This document shows positions 1-11,094 of a DNA stretch of 64,000 bases, in pieces; position 1 is the first letter of the stretch, and every line of letters starts with the position of its first letter. This DNA is from Nitrospirota bacterium. GTDB taxonomy: Bacteria; Nitrospirota; Nitrospiria; Nitrospirales; Nitrospiraceae. The stretch lies in assembly GCA_963703955.1 (NCBI GenBank), contig CAVPGK010000012.1:64001-128000 (forward strand), written 5' to 3'. The position numbers and the translations under genes are program-made. The notes below the pieces were generated by a model. That model worked only from the letters and a program-made list of their open reading frames with translations. It searched no databases and was not told the origin of the DNA.

Positions 1-1
1 A

Positions 2-781
2 GCCGAACGGGCGAATGCGGCGGCTCGGGCGGCGGAGTTTGAGCGGCAGATGGTTCAGAAAGAAAACGAGATCAGCGTGCTGCTGGGAAGAAATCCTAGC
101 CAAATCCCTCGGGGTCGATCCCTCACGGAACAGGTGCTGCCGCCGCAAGTGCCGGCCGGCCTTCCGTCGGAGTTACTCCAACGCCGTCCGGATGTGGTCC
201 AGGCGGAGCAAGGTCTAGCGGCAGCGACCGCAAGGATCGGTATGGCCAAGGCAGACCGGTTTCCCAAGATCAGCATCACCGGCATTCTGGGTGTAGCCAG
301 TCCACATTTGTCCCAACTTGTGGCCAACGAGACCGCATTCGGCGTTGTAGGCCCAAGCTTGGTCGCACCATTGTTCAATGCGCAGATTTTGGGCTTTCAA
401 CAGAGAGCGGCTGAAGCGCAAGCTCGGGAGGCCGTGGCTCAATACGAGCAGGCGATCCTTGTGGCCTTTCGGGAAGTCGAGGATGCGCTGGTAGCCGTGC
501 GCACAGCCCGCGACCAACGCAATGCCCAAGCTGAGCAGGTCGATGCGCTGCGGTCGGCGTTACGTCTCGCTAACCTGCGCTACAAAGGCGGGCTCGCTAA
601 CTATCTGGATGTGCTCATCGCTCAGCGGAACCTCTTCGAGGCGGAGTTGGCCCTCACGGGAACCCATCGGCTGCATCTCGTGTCGATCGTCCAGCTCTAC
701 AAGGCACTCGGCGGCGGCTGGTCACCGGACGATACAACCGAGGTCAGACCCGCTGCTTCGCCGGTGAGCCGCCAGGGATGA
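2..781 (+). CDS. RND efflux outer-membrane factor (NodT/OprM family), 5'-truncated by the window edge
   Basis: Frame is open from base 2; motifs GLPSELLQRRPDV, AFREVEDAL, GLANYLDVLIAQR and LYKALGGGW. Confidence 0.9.
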   Translation, partial: AERANAAARAAEFERQMVQKENEISVLLGRNPSQIPRGRSLTEQVLPPQVPAGLPSELLQRRPDVVQAEQGLAAATARIGMAKADRFPKISITGILGVASPHLSQLVANETAFGVVGPSLVAPLFNAQILGFQQRAAEAQAREAVAQYEQAILVAFREVEDALVAVRTARDQRNAQAEQVDALRSALRLANLRYKGGLANYLDVLIAQRNLFEAELALTGTHRLHLVSIVQLYKALGGGWSPDDTTEVRPAASPVSRQG

Positions 782-939
782 TTACACACTGGAGATCGAT
801 GTATTAACTCCTTCGTAACGCAGGGGCCTGTTTGGTCTCAGGTCATGCCGCACGAGTGAAGGATAGGCTACGATACGCTTTTCGGCGCCGATCGGAGTTG
901 ACCCGTGCGAAGTAGGAGAGCCTCCAAGAGAACGGCCTC

Positions 940-2589
940 ATGACAACCCATCAACTTGCCGGGCAGCCCGCCCCTGTGGAATCGCTGATCGATGTCGCCC
1001 AACTTGAACGGGCGTACTACGGGCGCCTCCCCAACCTGGACAATCCCAGCCAACTGGTCAGCTTCGGGACCAGCGGGCACCGCGGTAGCTCGCTGGAAGG
1101 CAGCTTTAACGAGTCGCACATTCTGGCCATCACGCAGGCTATCTGCGAGTACCGCCGCAGCCGCGGCATCGACGGCCCGCTCTTTATGGGCAAGGACTCT
1201 CATGCTCTGTCGTCGCCTGCGCAGCGCACTGCGCTGGAAGTCCTCGCAGCGAACGCCATCGAGACGGCCATTCAGCGCGATGACGGGGTCACCCCGACGC
1301 CGGTGATCTCGCGCGCGATCCTCGCTCACAACCGCGGGCGCAAAGGCCGGATGGCGGACGGCATCGTCGTCACTCCGTCGCACAATCCACCCGCCGACGG
1401 CGGCTTCAAATACAACCCGCCGAATGGCGGACCAGCCGATACCGATGTCACCGGATGGATTCAAGATAGGGCGAACGCGCTCCTTCGCAGCAGCAACAAG
1501 GACGTTAAACGAATGCCCTTCGCATCAGCCCTCACAGCCGGCACGACGCGTCAGGATGATTTCGTGCTGCCCTATGTCGAGGACTTGGCGGCCGTGATAG
1601 ACATGGAGGCGATTCGTTCTGCGGGCCTTCAAATCGGCGTCGATCCGTTGGGCGGCGCTGCCAATGGCTATTGGACCGTTGTCCAAGAGCACTACCGGAT
1701 AAACATATCGGTGGTCAATCCTACGCTTGACCCGACGTTCCGTTTCATGACCGTGGACTACGACGGTAAGATTCGGATGGATTGCTCAAGCCCTTATGCT
1801 ATGGCGGGACTGGTCAAGCTCAAAGATCGGTTCGATATCGCGTTTGGCAACGATCCCGACTCCGACCGGCACGGCATCGTGACCCGTTCCAGTGGACTCA
1901 TGAATCCCAATCATTACCTCGCGGTTGCCATCCGGTACCTGCTCACGCATCGCCCGCAGTGGCCGGCATCGGCGTCAGTGGGGAAGACGCTCGTCAGCAG
2001 CAGTCTGATCGACCGCGTGGTACAGGATCTCGGGCGGAGGTTGTCCGAAGTCCCTGTAGGTTTCAAATGGTTCGTGACAGGCTTGCTGGACGGCTCGTGC
2101 TGTTTCGGGGGTGAAGAAAGCGCCGGCGCCAGTTTTCTGCGCAGGGACGGCACTGTGTGGACGACCGACAAGGACGGACTCATCCTCGGCCTTTTGGCGG
2201 CCGAGATCACCGCGCGCACGGGGAAAGACCCGGGCGCGCACTACCGGGAACTCGCTGAAGCATACGGCACTCCCTACTATATCCGTATCGATGCCCCGGC
2301 CACGCCCGATCAGAAAAAGCGGCTCGGCAAGCTATCTCCTGCAGCCGTGACCGCTACAGAGCTGGGTGGTGAGTCGATCGTCGCACGGCTCACTCGCGCT
2401 CCGGGGAACGATGCGCCGATCGGTGGACTTAAGGTCGTGACCAAAAACGGCTGGTTTGCGGCACGGCCATCGGGCACTGAGAACATCTACAAATTATACG
2501 CAGAGAGTTTCAAGAGCCAGAGCCACCTCGACTCTATCGTCGCACAGGCGCAGGAGATTGTCGGCCGCGCTTTGAAAAGCGATGAGTGA
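940..2589 (+). CDS. pgm: Phosphoglucomutase (alpha-D-glucose-1,6-bisphosphate-dependent)
   Basis: FGTSGHRG, catalytic TPSHNPP, metal loop [21 protein letters not shown]; 549 aa. Confidence 0.95.
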   Translation: MTTHQLAGQPAPVESLIDVAQLERAYYGRLPNLDNPSQLVSFGTSGHRGSSLEGSFNESHILAITQAICEYRRSRGIDGPLFMGKDSHALSSPAQRTALEVLAANAIETAIQRDDGVTPTPVISRAILAHNRGRKGRMADGIVVTPSHNPPADGGFKYNPPNGGPADTDVTGWIQDRANALLRSSNKDVKRMPFASALTAGTTRQDDFVLPYVEDLAAVIDMEAIRSAGLQIGVDPLGGAANGYWTVVQEHYRINISVVNPTLDPTFRFMTVDYDGKIRMDCSSPYAMAGLVKLKDRFDIAFGNDPDSDRHGIVTRSSGLMNPNHYLAVAIRYLLTHRPQWPASASVGKTLVSSSLIDRVVQDLGRRLSEVPVGFKWFVTGLLDGSCCFGGEESAGASFLRRDGTVWTTDKDGLILGLLAAEITARTGKDPGAHYRELAEAYGTPYYIRIDAPATPDQKKRLGKLSPAAVTATELGGESIVARLTRAPGNDAPIGGLKVVTKNGWFAARPSGTENIYKLYAESFKSQSHLDSIVAQAQEIVGRALKSDE

Positions 2590-2681
2590 TGAATGGCCGG
2601 CGTTCATTCAAGCATGCCGATCGGCCTCAGCTCCTATAGAATGGCTCTCTCTCCTGTTAAGGCCATTGGAGTCTCCATTCC

Positions 2682-3335
2682 ATGACCGCTGATAGCTTTC
2701 GAGCCCATCCATGGCACGGCGTTTCTATTGGCGCACGAGCGCCTCTCACCGTCACCGCGTACATCGAGATCGTACCGACGGACACCGTCAAGTACGAGAT
2801 GGACAAGCTGAGCGGCATCCTGAAGGTGGACCGTCCGCAGCAATTTTCCAACGTATGTCCCACACTGTATGGGTTCATCCCGCAGACCCTCTGCGCGGAT
2901 CGCGTCGGACGATTCTGCAGCGAACGGACGGGCCGCGAAGGCATTGTCGGCGACGGCGATGCGCTCGACATCTGCGTGCTGACGGAAAAGACTATCAGTC
3001 ACGGAGATATTCTCGTCCAGGCCATCCCGATCGGCGGCCTTCGCCTAATCGACCGCAACGAGGCGGATGACAAGATCATCGCCGTCATGCAGGATGATGC
3101 GCTCTATGGTCAGTGGCATGACATTTTCAACTGTCCGGCCTCGGTGATCGATCGGTTGAAACATTACTTCCTCACGTACAAAGACGTGCCAGGCGCAGCC
3201 AAGAAACGGGTCGAGATCACGCATGTCTACGGGCGGGACGAAGCGCATCAGGTGATCGCGCTCTGCTCGGAGGATTACACAGCCGCATTCCCCCGTCCCA
3301 GCCCAGACGCGGCAGTCATCCCTCCCGCACGGTAA
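2682..3335 (+). CDS. ppa: Soluble inorganic pyrophosphatase (family I)
   Basis: HPWHG, VKYE, YGFIPQT, DGDALDI, EADDKIIAV. Confidence 0.92.
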   Translation: MTADSFRAHPWHGVSIGARAPLTVTAYIEIVPTDTVKYEMDKLSGILKVDRPQQFSNVCPTLYGFIPQTLCADRVGRFCSERTGREGIVGDGDALDICVLTEKTISHGDILVQAIPIGGLRLIDRNEADDKIIAVMQDDALYGQWHDIFNCPASVIDRLKHYFLTYKDVPGAAKKRVEITHVYGRDEAHQVIALCSEDYTAAFPRPSPDAAVIPPAR

Positions 3336-3364
3336 GATCGAGGCCGGTTTGGTCGGAGGACAGC

Positions 3365-4051
3365 ATGGCCATGGAACTGAGCGGGAAAGTGGTGATGGTG
3401 ACCGGGGCGGGAGGAGGGCTCGGGCAGACGGTGGCTCCGACCCTCCTCAAAGCCGGCGCCACATTGGTTGCGGTGGACCGCCATGCGTCTCATGATGCCG
3501 GCAAGAGACACATTGCCGTCGCGGCCGATGTGACGGATGAAGCCGATGTGCGGCAGGCCGTTTCAGAGAGCCTTAAGCAAGCCGGACGAATCGATTGCCT
3601 GATCAATCTTGTTGGGGGATTTGCGACGGGCCGGATCGCCGACACGGAAGCGTCCCTGTGGCAGAAAATGCTATCGCTGAATCTGACGTCGGCCTTCTTC
3701 CTGTCGCGAGCGGTCATCCCTCATATGATTGAGCGACATTCAGGCCGTATCGTCCACATCGCGGCCCGGGCCGCTGTGGATCCTTTTCCCGACGCTGCCG
3801 CGTATGTGGTCTCAAAGTCTGGCCTCGTCGCACTGATACGGGTCCTTGCGCTTGAACTTGCCGGCACAGGTGTCACCGTCAACGGAATCCTACCGACGAC
3901 GATCGATACGCCGGCCAATCGGACGAGCATGCCAGATGCCGATCCGTCCACCTGGGTCAAACCCAAGTCGATCGCTGAGCTTCTCCTTTTTCTCGCATCC
4001 AACGAATCCGACGCCCTGACAGGTGCATTGATTCCAATCGGCTCGCCCTGA
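3365..4051 (+). CDS. Short-chain dehydrogenase/reductase
   Basis: TGAGGGLG Rossmann motif, YxxSK catalytic motif, PTTIDTPANR. Confidence 0.9.
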   Translation: MAMELSGKVVMVTGAGGGLGQTVAPTLLKAGATLVAVDRHASHDAGKRHIAVAADVTDEADVRQAVSESLKQAGRIDCLINLVGGFATGRIADTEASLWQKMLSLNLTSAFFLSRAVIPHMIERHSGRIVHIAARAAVDPFPDAAAYVVSKSGLVALIRVLALELAGTGVTVNGILPTTIDTPANRTSMPDADPSTWVKPKSIAELLLFLASNESDALTGALIPIGSP

Positions 4052-4264
4052 CTTGGTCTCTGAACGAACGGACTGCGGACCATCAGCACGCTCTCTGAGC
4101 CAAAACCCACGCAGATTATTGTTACAGTGATCACCATCTTGTCTGGCATGTGCTTGGAGACAGGGACTTCACCCTCCTTCGATGAGTTTGCAGGGTTCAG
4201 GACAAATTTGCTATAGTGCCTCCCAGCCCGGATTGATCACGAGTCATTCCGGCATGGAGGGTCG

Positions 4265-4519
4265 ATGAAGTCCGGACAGTCCTATATTGTGGTGGAAGGA
4301 AGGACCTTCAAGAAGGAGAACTTGACGCTTGATAATCATGTCTTCAAGAACTGCGCGATGGAACACTGCCAATTCTACTACAGCGGCGGCCCGTTCGAAC
4401 TGATCGACACCCATATCACCGATTCGCAACTGATCCTGAACCAGCCGGCCAAGAATATCTATTCCGCCATCCAAATCTTCAAAATGAAATCCCCCGGCTC
4501 CGTCATCGTCTCCGACTAG
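4265..4519 (+). CDS. Small hypothetical protein (84 aa)
   Basis: GGAGG RBS just upstream, extended -10-like TGCTATAGT near 4209-4217, convergent with the next gene. Confidence 0.65.
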   Translation: MKSGQSYIVVEGRTFKKENLTLDNHVFKNCAMEHCQFYYSGGPFELIDTHITDSQLILNQPAKNIYSAIQIFKMKSPGSVIVSD

Positions 4520-4542
4520 ATCAAGCCCCGCTCGCTCTCGGG

Positions 4543-5775
4543 TCAGGACACCGGCACATTGACCGTTCGCTTGATGATCTGAATGGACTGGAAGGCTGGA
4601 TCCTGAGCCCCCTTTGCCGATTCCGCTTCGATTCGTTGAAGAAAAGCGGGTGGTCCCGCAACAGGCGCATAGCTGAGCGACGCCTCCACATCAAACGTTC
4701 GCGTATCTTTAGGCGTTGGGAACGTAAAGGTTTCTACTCTTTTTTCCTCGGGCTTGAGCACGGTGTCTTCCAAGACCTTCGCGGCCTCAAAGTCAAAGAC
4801 GGTCTTCTCCCCTTTGGTATTTGCGTACAGTCGCCCGTAAACTCGTTGCTCCCCGAACACTTTGTTCAGATTCTTCCCCCGAATCGTCAGATCAAGCACA
4901 ACTCTTGCCCAGCCAGGGTGCGTGGTCGGAAGATTGTGCGGCACCAGACTCTGGACGGTGACCGTCACTGTCGTTTGGGCTCCCTTGACCTCAGTCTCCA
5001 CGTCCAGCTTGGCTGCTTCTTGCCGGAGTTTTCCGAGTCGCCCGGGGAATGTGTGATTCGCCACTTTACGCTTGTTCTCCCCGTTGGCCGATTCACCGAC
5101 CTGTTCGGGCATGTGGCAGGTCTGGCACTCCTTGCCTGACTTGACTGTCGGACTGTTCTCCCAATTACCCAGCAAGTCATTGCTCTTGCCAAGATTGACG
5201 GCCGCCGGCACCGAGAGGTGGCAGTTCAGGCAGAGGTCGGATTTCCGAAACAACTCCAGTTCCATGGACTGATGCGCCTTATTTTCAACAAAGTCCTTGT
5301 ACGGGCCGAAGAGTGTCTTACCGGGTTCGTACTTGGGCTTCGGCGGGTTGCTGGTGCGATCGATCTGCTTGATCAGGTGGCATTGGGCACACGCCACGCC
5401 ATCGATCGCGGGATCGCCCGATTGGGTTTGCGAAACAAAAGTTTGGACCTGGTCCATGAATTCGTTGACGTGCGGCGCGTGACACCGGAAGCACAGCGCC
5501 TTGTCTTTGCCGCCTGAGATTGTCATGTACTCGTCCAGCGAGGCTCGAAAGGCCGGGGAATGAATGGATCTTGAGAGTGGCGACGCTTCCCATTCCTCGA
5601 ACACGCGTTCATGGCAACGTTTACATTTGCTGGAACTGGGAAAGATTTTCTCGATCGTCCCTTTTGTCTTGGTCTCCTGGGCGACGCTGAAGCGGGCGAG
5701 CCCCCCGGCCATGACCATGGCGAAGATGATCCCGCCCAAGACAATCCTCTCCCCCATCGTTCTCGATCGCGTCAC
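4543..5775 (-). CDS. Periplasmic pentaheme cytochrome c
   Basis: Signal peptide and five CxxCH motifs (CKRCH, CFRCH, CAQCH, CLNCH, CQTCH). Confidence 0.88.
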   Translation of the reverse strand: MTRSRTMGERIVLGGIIFAMVMAGGLARFSVAQETKTKGTIEKIFPSSSKCKRCHERVFEEWEASPLSRSIHSPAFRASLDEYMTISGGKDKALCFRCHAPHVNEFMDQVQTFVSQTQSGDPAIDGVACAQCHLIKQIDRTSNPPKPKYEPGKTLFGPYKDFVENKAHQSMELELFRKSDLCLNCHLSVPAAVNLGKSNDLLGNWENSPTVKSGKECQTCHMPEQVGESANGENKRKVANHTFPGRLGKLRQEAAKLDVETEVKGAQTTVTVTVQSLVPHNLPTTHPGWARVVLDLTIRGKNLNKVFGEQRVYGRLYANTKGEKTVFDFEAAKVLEDTVLKPEEKRVETFTFPTPKDTRTFDVEASLSYAPVAGPPAFLQRIEAESAKGAQDPAFQSIQIIKRTVNVPVS

Positions 5776-5779
5776 GATC

Positions 5780-7093
5780 CTACCCCTTCTTCTCGGGTGA
5801 CAGTGATTTCGTGCGGAATGTTAGGACTCGTGCCTGCGCATATTCCTGGATCAACTTGGTCGCGGCATCACGTTCCTGGTCCGTCGCAAGGGTGGCCAGA
5901 TACCGCGTCTTCAAATCCGCGCTCGGTTCAGGAATCAGCGCGTAGGTCAGGAGGGCCTCGATCGTCGCCGGAGTGCGATTAACCGGCGCTGAGAAGCTAA
6001 AGGGAATCCGGGTGGTGGTGCCGCCTTTGACCAGCGGATCGGGAATCGGTCCTCTGAGGATTTCGTCATACGGCAACCCGAATCGCTTCACCTCGCTGGC
6101 GATAACCTCGCCCTTGGCGTCCTTCAAGATGATGGTGACGAAGAACTGCTTCAGCACCGGATCTCCGTCCGGGAAGCTGTGCGGAAGGCTTCCTGTTCGA
6201 ACCAACACTGTGCCATCCATGCCGGCTTTCTCAGGAGCCATCTCGATGTCCAGCCTCGGCATCCACTCGGCTTGCAAATTTCGGTTCTTCAACATGATGC
6301 CCGGAATCACCACACCCCGGAACCAATGCCGGCCGATCGGACGGGTCAGCGCTCCCCGTTTTGAGGTGGAGCTGCCGGTCGAAGGCTCCATGTGACAGTC
6401 TTGGCACACCGTACCCTGCAGGATTTCCCCCGGAAGGTCCCGACGCGTCACATCCTTGACCTTGTCGAAATGGCACGCGGTGCAATAGTTGGCGCCCCGA
6501 AACAGATCGGACTGAGTTGACGGATGCACGAGGTTTTCTTCTGCGTCGGCGTATGGACCGTAGATCATGTTCCCCGGAGCCAGCTTGAAGGTCGGGGGAG
6601 CCGCGCTCTTGTCCGCCACCGCATTAATGAGATGGCAGGAAGCGCAGCCGATCCCCTCGATCGCAACCTTGCCGGAAAGCACCTGCATGTTGATCTTGTC
6701 GACGTGTTGCGGAAAGACGGTCGTTGCCGGCACATGGCAGGACAGACATTGAACTCGCTGCTGGGGCGTCGGGTTGGTCTGGAGCCAGAGGCCAAGCACG
6801 GTCTTAAATACCGGCGACTCCAGCGAGGTTCCGTGGAGCAACGCGGCATCCACCCGCCCGAACGTCTTGAGGTCAGGCGTTTGCTCCCGCATGCCCTTCC
6901 ATTCTTCATAGTGCCGGTCATGGCATTGCTTGCAATCTTCAGAACGAATGAACGTTTTCTCGATTTCGTCCACCCACGTGTCCGTGATCTGGCCATCGGT
7001 TTTTTGAGCGACCGCCCGGCCGTCATCGATCAGGCTGAAACCGATGAGAAGCGAAAGAAGCGCGACGCCGACCAGTAGGCTGACTTTCCCCAT
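5780..7093 (-). CDS. Periplasmic pentaheme cytochrome c (paralog of 4543..5775)
   Basis: Signal peptide and five CxxCH motifs (CKQCH, CLSCH, CASCH, CTACH, CQDCH). Confidence 0.88.
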   Translation of the reverse strand: MGKVSLLVGVALLSLLIGFSLIDDGRAVAQKTDGQITDTWVDEIEKTFIRSEDCKQCHDRHYEEWKGMREQTPDLKTFGRVDAALLHGTSLESPVFKTVLGLWLQTNPTPQQRVQCLSCHVPATTVFPQHVDKINMQVLSGKVAIEGIGCASCHLINAVADKSAAPPTFKLAPGNMIYGPYADAEENLVHPSTQSDLFRGANYCTACHFDKVKDVTRRDLPGEILQGTVCQDCHMEPSTGSSTSKRGALTRPIGRHWFRGVVIPGIMLKNRNLQAEWMPRLDIEMAPEKAGMDGTVLVRTGSLPHSFPDGDPVLKQFFVTIILKDAKGEVIASEVKRFGLPYDEILRGPIPDPLVKGGTTTRIPFSFSAPVNRTPATIEALLTYALIPEPSADLKTRYLATLATDQERDAATKLIQEYAQARVLTFRTKSLSPEKKG

Positions 7094-7127
7094 CTCTCGC
7101 TCCCGGACGTCCCGGAGGAGTTTCGAT

Positions 7128-7586
7128 TTAGTCCCGCTTGCACCCGACGAAATGGAAATTGATCACTCCCCCAACACCTTGATTGTCCGGATCCGCTGGC
7201 TCATAAGTTCCCACCGTAAAGTTGCACGTGGGCATGGCGCGCTTCAATGCGTGACCAAAATCCACCAAGTTTCTGACTTCGACCTTATCGATCTCTTTGA
7301 TCACCGCTCGCACTTTGATGCCGGCCAGATCGGCGGGAGTCCCTCCGATCACCTCAAACACCACTACCCCTTCCGGCTTCTGCATCTTCAGCTCTTTCTG
7401 AATCTCCTCGTCCACGGAGTCCACCACGATGCCGAACTCTTCCCCCAGACGCCTGGCTTCGGCCTCCGTCATCTCCCCATTGCTTCCGGATGACGCGGCC
7501 ATCGATCCCCCATTTCCCCCGATCAAGATGATGAGGTACATGAAAAAAGCCCTGCCTAACGGGAGGGCTTTCAGTTGGCTTGGCAT
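7128..7586 (-). CDS. PDZ-domain protein (start uncertain)
   Basis: GVVVFEVIGGTPADLAGIK...VIKEID resembles HtrA-type PDZ domains; hydrophobic N-terminus. Confidence 0.7.
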   Translation of the reverse strand: MPSQLKALPLGRAFFMYLIILIGGNGGSMAASSGSNGEMTEAEARRLGEEFGIVVDSVDEEIQKELKMQKPEGVVVFEVIGGTPADLAGIKVRAVIKEIDKVEVRNLVDFGHALKRAMPTCNFTVGTYEPADPDNQGVGGVINFHFVGCKRD

Positions 7587-7679
7587 GTTAACGACCCGCA
7601 GCCTTTCCCATTCATTTCTGGATGCCGCGTGTGCGGAGTTGCGGCATCACCCGACCTATCCAAGGTACCGTGATCACAA

Positions 7680-8511
7680 TTAGATGACCGCATCGATTGA
7701 GAGCTGAAACCAAGGAGCTACGGCTTTCTGGCCGTTCCGTTCCTTGTTCTCTCCATTCCAGACTGCGAAAGCAATGGTTTGGAGACGGCCCGGTTCAAGC
7801 CTGGCCTCATTGTCCTGGCCGACGCTGGCGAGAGGCCTTCGGATCACCACGTGCCAGACGCCGTCCTTCCACGTCGCTTTTCCCCTGCACCCGTCCTTGT
7901 TCCTCTTTCGTCGTGAGGGTGCTGAACCCTCCTCCGATCAGATCTTCGACCGAGGATTTTCGTCGCGGGATGACTTCGAATCTTCGAACCTCCCCTTCGC
8001 CTTTGCGTTCGGTCGGGCGGACCGCCCGCCGGTCGATGTCGCTCTGCCAATCGGCTTTCCAGTGCCAGATGTTGATGTAGTGATCCAGTTGCCCATGCAG
8101 AAAAAGGCCGGCGCATCGCCGAGCGGCAGTCCGATGGCCGCACCATCGCGAAACGTGCCGGGCGTCAGCCGATCGTTCTTGGTGTTGTCCTGCCATTCAA
8201 GCAAGAACGCGATCTCCGTCCCATCATGTACGGATCGCACCGTCAGGGCGCGCTGCCGCCGGTTCCGGCCACACTGGTCTGGTGATCACCTGACCGCTCA
8301 GAGGCAGCGTCATCGGAGGAATCTTGTCCCAGGCCGGGTCTTCAGGAGCCGTAGGAATTGCGCCGGAAATCAGGTGGGAGCGGATAAACATGCCTGCGAG
8401 CTGACGATCGGAATCCCGAACGATGCGAGGATCAAGGCGCAGACCATCAATGCCAGAAGGAACGGAGGAATGGCAGAGAGACCGAACACTCATTCGCCTC
8501 AATCGCGCCAT
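7680..8511 (-). CDS. DMSO-reductase type II gamma-subunit-like heme-b protein (NxrC candidate), split by several frameshifts; start approximate
   Basis: Fragments in different frames join to LPLSGQVITRPVWP, FLLEWQD, PAFFCMGQ, INIWHWKADWQ, GGFSTLT and IAFAVWNGENKERNGQK...DAVI-stop (TAA at 7680), collinear with 14202..15155. Confidence 0.78.
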
Positions 8512-8593
8512 ACCGAAGCCTCGCTCGAATCCGCCGACACACTGGCGTGACTCTCGGTGCTCGCTCGCCACAGCAGGTCCTGCCTGCCATGCA

Positions 8594-9850
8594 TTACCAC
8601 AATTTGGCTCGACGGATCTTGTTCTCGCTGCGTTCGCAGATGTAGGAGGTGCCCCTGGGAATCGAGCGCCAGGCCGACCGGCGAATTGACGACCGCCTCG
8701 ACCGCAAGAAGGCCGTCGCCGTGTTTAATCATGCCCGCGGCTTCCTTGGCGACGAATCTCGCCATCCCGCACCCGCCCATGTTCTTATCCTCATATCCAC
8801 TGTCTCCGTTGCCGGCGATAGTGGTGATGACTCCCGTCTTGGCATCGACTTTTCGCACTCGATGATTCATGGTGTCGGAGACGTAGAGATTCCCCTGAGG
8901 GTCGAAGACCACGGCTTCCGGCGCATGCAACATCGCCTTCACGGCCGGCTTCTCATCCCCGTCATAGCCGTACCGACAGACGCCGACGACAGTGCGAGAT
9001 GAACGCCCGAATTCCGATCGATCTTTCGGACTCGATTACTCCCCTTGTCCACACAGTACACATCGCCGTGGCTGTCCACGGCGATGCCGACGACGTCGTA
9101 CAACCTCGCCTCGAGTGCGGGCCGGCCGTCATCCAGATAGAGAGATAAGTCCAAACCATCGGAACATTCCGGCCTCAACCAGCCATGGTCGTCGCTGAAG
9201 TCGATGCCGATGGAATCACCGGACAGCACCACGAGGTTCCTGGCGACCAAGGGTTGCTCGCGGGCGTCATCGTCGACCGACCAGGTTCCGGCAATGGTCG
9301 TCGCCTTCCGGTTCCGGGGTCATACCGACGAATCCGATGGGCTTGTGTGTCGGCGATATACAGCACATCGTCGGCGTCGAATGCGATCGCGGCCGGGTAG
9401 GTCAGATTGATCTCAAGAGCAGGCCCATCACCATTGAACCCGAATCGTCCCGTTCCGACGACGGTGGTAATGATGCCCGTCTCGTGATCCACCCGACGGA
9501 TCCGATTGCTGCCGGAATCGCACACATAGAGATTGTTGTGGGAGTCGAAACGCGACGCCAAGGGGCAAGTACAGGCCGGCCTCTCCACACAATCCCGAGT
9601 CGCCGCTATAGCACGTTTCCCCGATTCCCGCGAAATTATGCAGCGTGCCTTCTTTGAGATCGATCCGGCGGACACGATCCGAGCCGGATTCGGCGAAATA
9701 CAGATACCGCTCGTCCTTATCGACAGTGACGTCATGGGGAAGCGGCACCCCGGCTTTCGTCGACAGTTTCCCGTCTCCAGTGCTCCTGGCTTTTCCGTTA
9801 CCGGCGAATGTTTCAATGTACCCGGCGCCTAACTCAACTTCGGTTCCCAT
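8594..9850 (-). CDS. NHL-repeat beta-propeller protein, split by several frameshifts
   Basis: Repeated LYxxD...RIRRxD...GIITTxxGxG units across frames; ends ICERSENKIRRAKLW-TAA at 8594. Confidence 0.8.
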
Positions 9851-9933
9851 GGCCAGTTCCTTCCTATGCGCTCATCGACTGCCCATGCCTCACCGCTGGA
9901 ACGGAAGATGACATGGGACTCCGCTCTGGTCCG

Positions 9934-10242
9934 CTACACTTTCGATGGAGGCGGTACCGCCGCAGCGTGAGAATCCGGCACCGGCACCTGGATGGACGGC
10001 GCGGCTTGCGAGACTTGCGCCGCGCTTTGCATCGGCTGTCCCTGCGAGACGCCCTCGGTCTGCGTCTGAGCTTGCGCCTGGGCTTCAGCTTCGATGGCGT
10101 CGGCTTCGTGAACGGATTTCTTGAAGCCCTTAATCGCCTTTCCCAACCCTTCCCCTAACTGAGGAAGTTTCCCGGCCCCAAAGATGATCAAGACAATGAC
10201 CAAAATCAGAATCAACTCCGTGAACCCAATGCTTCCAAACAT
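9934..10242 (-). CDS. tatA: Twin-arginine translocase subunit TatA/E
   Basis: [38 protein letters not shown]. Confidence 0.93.
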   Translation of the reverse strand: MFGSIGFTELILILVIVLIIFGAGKLPQLGEGLGKAIKGFKKSVHEADAIEAEAQAQAQTQTEGVSQGQPMQSAAQVSQAAPSIQVPVPDSHAAAVPPPSKV

Positions 10243-10264
10243 AGATGTGACTCTCCTTCATAGT

Positions 10265-11080
10265 CTATGGATGGCTCGCTTCTCGCGATCGCTTGGCGAA
10301 ACGATCCTTCAGCTTTTGACGGGCTTGTTCGGCCTGCTCAAACATCTTGCATTTGTCATAGGTGCTGATTAAGTTGTAATAGGCCAACGGCTCATCCGGG
10401 TTGTGTTCCACGGCCTCTTCCATGACCTTGATCGCGAGGTCCATTTTCTTGTGGTTCAACGCTATTTCCATCAATTTGAAGCTGGACTCCAGATTCTTAG
10501 GGTCTAATTCCAAGACCTTCAGGTAGCACTGCATGGCCATATCAATGGTATTGTAATCGGAGACCGCAGGATTATCCAACTCGACATAGACGCCAGCGAG
10601 GTTATACCACGCCACGGGGTCTTCAGGAGTCACCTCGACCAGCCGCTCGTAGTACCCCTTCGCGTCCATAAACTTTCGCTTGTCGGAGTAGACACGCCCC
10701 AAATTAAAGAGCGCCAGGACATCGTCCCGATAGATCTCAAGCGCCTTCTTGAATTGCGACTCGGCCTCGTCGATCATTCCCTTGGTGCCGTAAATCGTCC
10801 CGAGGTTCGAATAATACATGGCGAGCGAGCGGTTCATCTCGGCCCTCAGGCCTTCCGCCATCTCAATCGATTTCTTGACTTCGGTGAGTGCGTCGTCCAG
10901 CCGGCCCTTACTGAAATACAGTTCCCCCAACCGGCAACGGGCTTGAAAATCGTCCGCTTCGGTCGCGAGAAGTTTTTCCAGCTCCGCGATTTCTTCGTCC
11001 GGCGCCAACGGCCGATCGGCCTGCTCCGTCGCCGCGCCGCCGGCTTCGGTCTGCCCGGGAGGCTTTTGTTCGTCCATCAT
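10265..11080 (-). CDS. Tetratricopeptide-repeat protein
   Basis: Repeated YxNLG/LFNLG/WYNLA TPR helices. Confidence 0.85.
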   Translation of the reverse strand: MMDEQKPPGQTEAGGAATEQADRPLAPDEEIAELEKLLATEADDFQARCRLGELYFSKGRLDDALTEVKKSIEMAEGLRAEMNRSLAMYYSNLGTIYGTKGMIDEAESQFKKALEIYRDDVLALFNLGRVYSDKRKFMDAKGYYERLVEVTPEDPVAWYNLAGVYVELDNPAVSDYNTIDMAMQCYLKVLELDPKNLESSFKLMEIALNHKKMDLAIKVMEEAVEHNPDEPLAYYNLISTYDKCKMFEQAEQARQKLKDRFAKRSREASHP

Positions 11081-11094
11081 CACCCCTATTCCGA

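Noticed and set aside
4143..4157. Sigma54 promoter-like TGGCATGTGCTTGG
   Set aside because: The spacing is one base short and the -12 GC is missing
7744..8550. 268-aa plus-strand ORF and similar long antisense ORFs (for example 28658..29740, 55757..56758, 24950..25879)
   Set aside because: They are shadows of well-supported minus-strand genes in GC-rich DNA and have no recognisable motifs
8499..8640. Apparent fusion or misassembly between the NHL gene and the gamma-like gene
   Set aside because: Removing one base gives the NHL gene a clean end (RRAKLW-TAA at 8594), so these are two ordinary adjacent genes
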